Assembly: GCF_964204645.1 (NCBI RefSeq) | Contig: NC_134031.1 | Span: forward strand, 7,564,001-7,628,000 | Direction: 5' to 3' | Origin: Tubulanus polymorphus | Taxonomy: Eukaryota; Animalia; Nemertea | DNA: 64,000 bases | In this document: positions 54,001 through 61,599 of the stretch, in pieces | Layout: every line of letters begins with the position of its first letter | How positions within the stretch are numbered: the stretch's first letter is position 1 | Position numbers and translations under genes: made by a program | Notes under the pieces: model-generated | Seen by the model: the letters and a program-made list of their open reading frames with translations, nothing else | Told to the model about the DNA's origin: nothing | Databases searched by the model: none

Positions 54001-57000
54001 ATATTCGATATTTCTATTAGTGAGACATGTATGTGAACTGGATGATAACCAGGATAAAATAAATGACACCATTATACTGCCAAACAGGTGTACAGAAATT
54101 TGCCTCATTTGCTTTGGAATGAAATCTTGTTTCAAAATTACAGGTGTTTTGAATCGATGCCATCAACGATCACTGGTTATCTCAAACAAAGTCCCGGAGG
54201 AGGCGGTTTTTTATAGGCCAAACAGTCAGCCTGAAATATTCCCTTTTGATGAAATGATGGAATTTGTGGGTTATTTTCGTTACAACAAATACTTTCAATC
54301 GTATTTCCTTAAGTTAACACAGGCAAGCAGTTTAGTTGGCAGGAACAAGATCATACTTCAGATCAATATGTTTGATTTCCTTCATCTCAATGATTTACGC
54401 GATCTACGTGAAACAAAATTGAATTGGGCGCAATGTTTTTTCGGAATAAAATTGAATTGATGTTGCATGTCTTTTCGCTGAATTAAATTGAATTGGATTT
54501 GCGATCGAAGCGCCTAACTAATCAACAGTCATCCGTGCTACGGCGCATACCTGCGAATGAGCTTTATCACCCAACCCTTGCACATTGTCAAAGGTAAAAG
54601 TTCGGTAGTATAAGTAAGGCTGTTTCTTTATACATCTGGCTGACAAACTTTTCTTATTTCTGGGTATGAAAAAGAAATTTCATTTTCATTTTCAAGCCAC
54701 CCCCTATTTCTAAACATAGATATGAAAATAAAGATGAACATATTTTTTTTCAACAGCCACACCATGTTTTGATCATTTTTTTCATACGCAAAAACAATCA
54801 CGGTGGACAATGGTATTGGATATTTGTCAGGTCGTACAGCAAAAATAGCGTGACTTCCAAAACAACTCAAAAATTTCTATCTAATTTTCAAAAGAAATAC
54901 CAATGGATCACATGAACACCATGCAGCTAACCCAATCACAGCGAAGAAGACTTTGCTCTCTGAATGGCTTTTCGAAAACCAATATATTCAGAGGTCACAG
55001 TCAGAAGGCCTATTTGTCCGCCAGCTACTCCAATGACCACGTATTTCGGAAAGAAAGACACACAATAGGACCATAATACATTGAATGCACGGGATCATTT
55101 TCAGAATGAATGAATTGAGACTTAGCAAGATAGATTTTTCATATCACCACTGAATCAACGCATTCCTTGAATAGTCATGTAACTAGATGCTCATTTTTAA
55201 CAATCCATAGCTACCATGATCAGAAATATATAGCTTTTATCCAGGAAAAAAGACACTCTAAATATTTGGATGGATATATGAAAGCTGTGGGTACTGGAGT
55301 GTGTAATGGGTAGTGTAGTGTGATCTGTGGGCATTTGTGGCCAGCACACAGATCACATTGTTCAATGGGGTTTGGTCCAGGACTCGCGAGATTTTCAACA
55401 ACACGGAAGTAACTTGTAATAAATGATGACTTGAATTGCATGACTACCTACCACCCCTCATTATTGTTTGAAAACTAAACGTTCGGCACTGACTAAAAAT
55501 TAGTAATAACATTTTAGAAATGGCCAGAATTTTAACTTAGGTTCTATCTCATTTTTATTTTACAATTGCGATTGGTATAACTTTTTTTTAAGGCTTCATG
55601 TTTCGTCTGCAATTCACTGCAAATAGTTACGAAACTACGCACATTTCAGTGTTTTTGGCAGCTGTACACTCAATCGGCACCGTTCATGACTAGCTTCACT
55701 GCGGAATTATCATTAATTAACATTGCCATATCACATCATCAACTTATATTGTGCCTTAAAACCCTAACAGCCAAAATAATTGAAATGCACACACGATTTC
55801 TATCATCGAAAATTGAGAGTGGCCATGTTTGTGTTTGCTGCTTCGCGTAAATCCCGCGCGGTGGCGCAACCGTGCGGAGTGGGGCCGATACGTCCAGAAA
55901 TATATAGCCTTTATCCAGGAGCTAAATATTCCATGACTCGTATGATCAGAGCCGAAGTTGAGATTAATATCCCAGTGCATTTCAGGGCTTTAAAACTAGA
56001 GGATGGTCACTTTTATTGAGATCCAGCATTTTATGGTTTACCCGAGTAGTAGCAACCTTCGTAAAACGGTCCAATTGACTTACCTGTAATCAATTTCAAC
56101 GGTTCAAGATGGAGTTTGATTTCTACAGGTGCACTGTTGCTACCCTGACTGATATAGTTAACAGCCCTGACTTCCTTTGAGCCATGCCCCAGAGTACGAC
56201 TTGCACAGCCGTGCGGGGCACTGGTTTGTTCATATTGAGGTATTACGTACGGCGACTTGAAATTATCCTTTATTGTACAGCTATTGCCGGCAGCGATGAC
56301 ACCTAGAAAAAATAAAAGTTCAAGAACATTGTCAGCACAAGTAAGTGTTTATAATCATGGAATGAAACGTGACTCAAGTTGCTCTGGGTGACACGGAAAC
56401 CAGCGCAGCCTGTAATCGTGGGTCGCTACGACGGAAGATTATAAGTGACCGTTGGCGATCAATTGCTTGTTGCAGCGCCGTGTTCAGATTGCTGCAATTA
56501 TCACTAACTGCAGGTGAAAATTGAATGATCGCGTGAACTATCGATGCCGGAACAAAACTGATCTAAATTTCAACTCAGCTTCATGAAACCCGCATTAATC
56601 ACAGTAAAACCCATAAATATTGAAAGAACGCTGTACCCAAAATCATCCATAATTGATATGAGAAACCACTCGATGCAGTCGCAATAATTACTAAGTCCTG
56701 AGTATATTTAATTTCACTGAGACTCAAGAATTTGGAACGGGATACTGCAAAAATGTCTTACTATGAGAGAAATAATAGCATGCAATTTAAGCCGCGATCA
56801 CACAAGCATTTTTGGCCTGTGACGTACACTGTTCACGGGGTGGGCCAAATGGGCCCAAGCCTGTTTGGCCCCGACCAGATTTGGCCTGACCAAAAACGTT
56901 GGACCAGGCCCGAGCCAAATTTTAGCACGAGACAAATGATTGCGTTTGAATTGCAACTGGTACAAGAAATGACCCACTTCGCTTTGTTTGAGCATTGTTT

Positions 57001-60000
57001 AGTATTGAGTGAATGGTCTCCAAATCGTCTCAGTGTGATAGTGGCTTTAGAAAATAGACATCTGATTTATGAAGAGGTAGAAACAAGGCTTCCAGGATGG
57101 AAATCTTTTCTTATGCCAAAAAACCATCCAGTGAAAGTGGTTCTCTGCAGCGGATAATGTGAGAAAACTAAAACATGGCTTCGATGTATCGTTTCAAAGA
57201 CAATGAAAATGACAAATACAGAGCAGTGAAACTCCTGATTCTAGGGTTTAAGAAGTTTATAAGTTCACAAATCTGAGTTGAGTAATTTTAGAAACTTCAG
57301 ATGATCTCCCTTGGAGCAGAAATGATCTCCTCATAGACCTTATATTATATCCATGGGTTGATCATGACTTCATTATAGTACTTCATTTCTCTGGTTTTCG
57401 AATACCCTCATTTTGCTGGTGACGTCAGGCGTATAACCTCTACACATAAGTAAGTAAATATTCTATTGAGGTGCTTCACAAGATTGTTGACCTCGAATAT
57501 CACTAATGTCACCACTTTATAGGTCAGTCAAAATTAAAGGCCAAACGTATGTTATTGTATAGGGTAGGAATCAAATAAAATCTATATACGTAACACTTAT
57601 ACATTTTATATGGTCTAAAATTGATTAAGCCTTTTTCACAGCTGCTTTTATGCAAGCACATTTTTGTGATCTCCTTTTGCTGGTCTTCTCTTTCCTTCCC
57701 TGATCTTCGCTCCTCTCTCTTCCCCGATCATCTCCATCTCATCTCCCAGATCTTTTCCCTTCCTCACTTCGTGCTATGATCTTCCTGCTCTCTCTCCCAC
57801 ATTCCCTCCTATCCTCTTCTCTACACACCTGATGGAAAAGAACTAATCCGATCGACACAAAAAAATGTACAATATATCAAGGTAATATCTAAACTGCTGA
57901 CCTCTTGCCGATAAGATATAGTTTCAGCTGACTTGCGTTCAAGGCTAAATCGTTCATTTTGCTTGCTTGTCATTATTCCAGAAAGCCAGCACTAGCGGGC
58001 GTGGGAATTTTTTCATATGATAAATACAAATATATGTATATTTCACGATTCCATTTGTTTTTAGTTTGATAGCATTATTTACATTCTTAGATGATTATTA
58101 AAAAAACTCACGGCAAGGTATAAACGTATCGACCTACTGCTATAGATGGAAAATGATCGTTCCTTGAATAAATAGGTGGGAAAATCATCCCTATTTCAAG
58201 AATGAGGATTCCAAATGCTTCCTTATTCCACTTTCGCTATCATCCCGAAGAGATACAAAATCCACTTGAATTCATTTTGGTTGCTGCTCCATGGATTTAT
58301 GTTTGCTATAGGCCTACTCAAAACAAGAGAATATCCCACACTTTGCTTATAAACGTTCACCCGATGCATTGAGGGTAAATCCACATTCCAGTTACTGGTA
58401 ATCTTAGGCAATGACATGCCATTCATGTAAACTAGTGAAAACCACTGGTGTTTGCGAGTCCATAACTTAAACTTTTTGATTCACTGGCTGAGAATTTAGT
58501 AGGAGCGTTTTAGAATGTGTAAATATTAGATAATTCTGCCTACCGAAGATGTTCTGTACCTGTAGAGGTCACAGATAGAACTATAGGAAGCAAACAAAAA
58601 AACATTTCCCACGTTTAAATATGGGCAGCGGCCAGCCTTGCAATGGCTTGCGATTCACTATGACCCGATTCATTGTGACAGCCAGCGACGATTGCATCTC
58701 AGTGACCACTGTCGCCGACAAATGTGTCGCAAGGCGGCAAGTCACAAGCTGTACCAACCAAGCCGCTGTGGCTGTTGCTTTTGATGGCTGAAATATGTTC
58801 TTAGAGTTTATCGGGGTGCTTACATAAGTCATTTTCAAATACTTGTCAAGGTGCAAAAAAATCGCAAACAAAAGTAACCACGCCTTGTTACAGCTATTAA
58901 TAACAATGATATAGATTGAGGTAATAGTTCAAGTATAACAAGTATTACACATGATGTCATGAGGCATCATGAGGCGTCACATTGGCCGGCAAGCTCAAGA
59001 AGCTGAACTGATGTGAAAATAAAGTCAGTTGACAGCCAATTTATTGTGAACACATACGAAATCAGTAAAATATCTGTTCAGCTGTTCTCATTTGTTGGCA
59101 ATGTATCAACTTAGATCCAATATTCTTCAAGATCTTAATTGCGGGGTAATGACAATGATATCATAAATTCTATCTTTACATGGCACTATTTTTTAAGATA
59201 GTAAGACTTACCACACTTTACAGTATAAAACATTGCCTAGAGTTACATTCTTCTATTCAATAAATAATTGTAAAGGTTTCTACATCTATTTTCTAATATT
59301 ACTAGGTCTTAGTTCTTTTTCATCACGCGCTCTTTTGATCACTGAATAATAACTCGCTACTTTTTGTGCGTCGAAAGGTTAAAGACTGGACGATAAAAAG
59401 CACCCACTGAAAAAACTAATTACATCATAACGCCATAATGGTAGGTCCAGCCACTGACTAACTGTGCCATTAGTGGAATGGCCTTGTTGTGTAAGGCTGA
59501 TTTATGAACAGATTAACACACAGTTAGGTGCAAATTTTGCTGCCCAGATAATCAACATAAAACCTCTCCATGTCATCACACCTATAAACAGAGCGCAAGA
59601 TCACGAGGGAGGTGATGGGAAAGGGATATAAGAAAAAGAGAGAAAAGAACGAGATGGAAACAACATAGCCCCCATTTTGCGTATGCTATAATGGCTGTTG
59701 GTTGCTAACAATGTGCAAGAGAATATATTTCATGTAACAATTTTTCAGATCTCAGATTTTGGTCATGACATGTATCTCTATAAAAAGCCTTAAATTCCTT
59801 ATAATAGCACAATGTATGGCACTATAACAACGGATTCCAGCACAGTAATATGAAAACATGAGGGGGTAGAAAAGAGGATGATGGAAAGAGGAAGGTTGAT
59901 ATTCGAAGAGGGGAAAGAGAATAAGAGGCCACGCAACTGATTTCAATGATTTCACTTTACTCAAAGAATAAGCATGCAAGTTACAACTTCCAACGTTTGA

Positions 60001-61528
60001 CTGAGGACTCCTTGAAATGTGGCTGAATGCTTCTGACTAACAATAAATAACCTTTATCGACATCAATTTTCACTATTTACAATATACGTGTGTAAACAGT
60101 GGAAACATGAACACGTGTGAAAGTTGCACTAAATGGGGCAAAGTTTGCCGAGTACTACACGGGTTATAGACCCCAATAAGCATTATTGCCTAGCATTAAT
60201 ACATCGGAATTGCAATCCAAATCCAGTTCCAAGTGAGTGAATACCCCACCCACATCAAAAATCTAGTGAACATCAATGGCTGCAACTGAGATATGTTAAT
60301 ATTTTTCGGAACACATTTGAAGTCATGCGTTATTTTGCTTTGTTTCGTTCGCTCCATGTGTTGTTGATTATGGAGAAGCACGGTTATTGCTGTAACACTG
60401 AGTACAACCAGTTGCTCAAAAATAGAACACAGGCAACTGGTTTGAACTGGAGTGGGCGATTTCGTCTCGTGACAGAATGGTCTAGTGTGTCTTGGTCCCC
60501 AAGGAGCAAATCGCCTAGTGTGTCAAGCTACTGCGATCATTCGGCCCTAGTGCCATATTATTCAGCCAATGAATGTTCTCCAACGGTTCACATGATAGCA
60601 GAATGACTGTTAGATTTTTTCAAAGGGTGGCTCGATCGCCTGATAGCATCGCCTGGTGTGTCAGCTACTCTTGGCAATCAAATCGGTGAGAAATTCTCCG
60701 GCAACTGAGTCGGGCGTTCAAGCCGACTGACTGAATTGCCCAGTTTGTCCAAGGCTTTACCAGTAGCAAGCTCGCATACATTAACACATTGAAGCGACTG
60801 ATTTCAATCCTTGATGAGTCTGGCCGGACAGTCGCAGCCCTGTTCCTCTTGTACGCTGAAACTGCCTTGCAACTAGTTGTCTCCATTTACTTCATCGATG
60901 TGACGCTAGACTTAACAGAAACACAGGCAGTCATACAGTTCATTTGATGCCAAATGGGCTGATTTAATGACTTCGCTATAAAATCCAGTTACAATTTACT
61001 TGAAATTGGAATAACACCTATTTTTACACGAACGCTGCCATGCATAAAATTGCATTCTGCATCAAAACAGGATTGCCCGCTATTAATATGCGGTAGGGGC
61101 CTACTGGGAATGTGATTATTTTGAACTATGGTAAATTCCAGCATTGATATCCCATTGCACATTTACGCGACGCAAAGTACTTGTCTTGTATGCCATGCAA
61201 GACCTAAAATCCTGACAGCCAGTGTTGTCAGGTTGTCCTATTCGGATAAGTGTAGAATCGGGTTGTTGAAAACCACTTCTTCAAGACAAAAAATAAGACA
61301 GCGGATCATATTACTGCGAAAACAACCTTGTTTTATCATAATTCTGTCCTAATGTAGGCATACTGCACTGTTATAAAAATGCTTTTATATTTGTTAACTA
61401 GGAGTCCCAAGGATACCATGTGCACTCTGTGAAATCAATTTTCGAATATCTGAAAATTTCAATATTCAACACACCCTGGGTCCAGGTATGCCATGCCCAC
61501 TTGAGAAAAATCCATCTATTTCAATATT

Positions 61529-61599
<71 letters not shown>

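Noticed and set aside
56732-57157. 141-aa ORF as a gene
   Set aside because: Mostly MITE sequence; no domain.
59212-59233. Alternative first coding exon (MFYTVKCG|gtaag)
   Set aside because: Phase fits but it gives no hydrophobic signal peptide; 62474-62531 is the better candidate.
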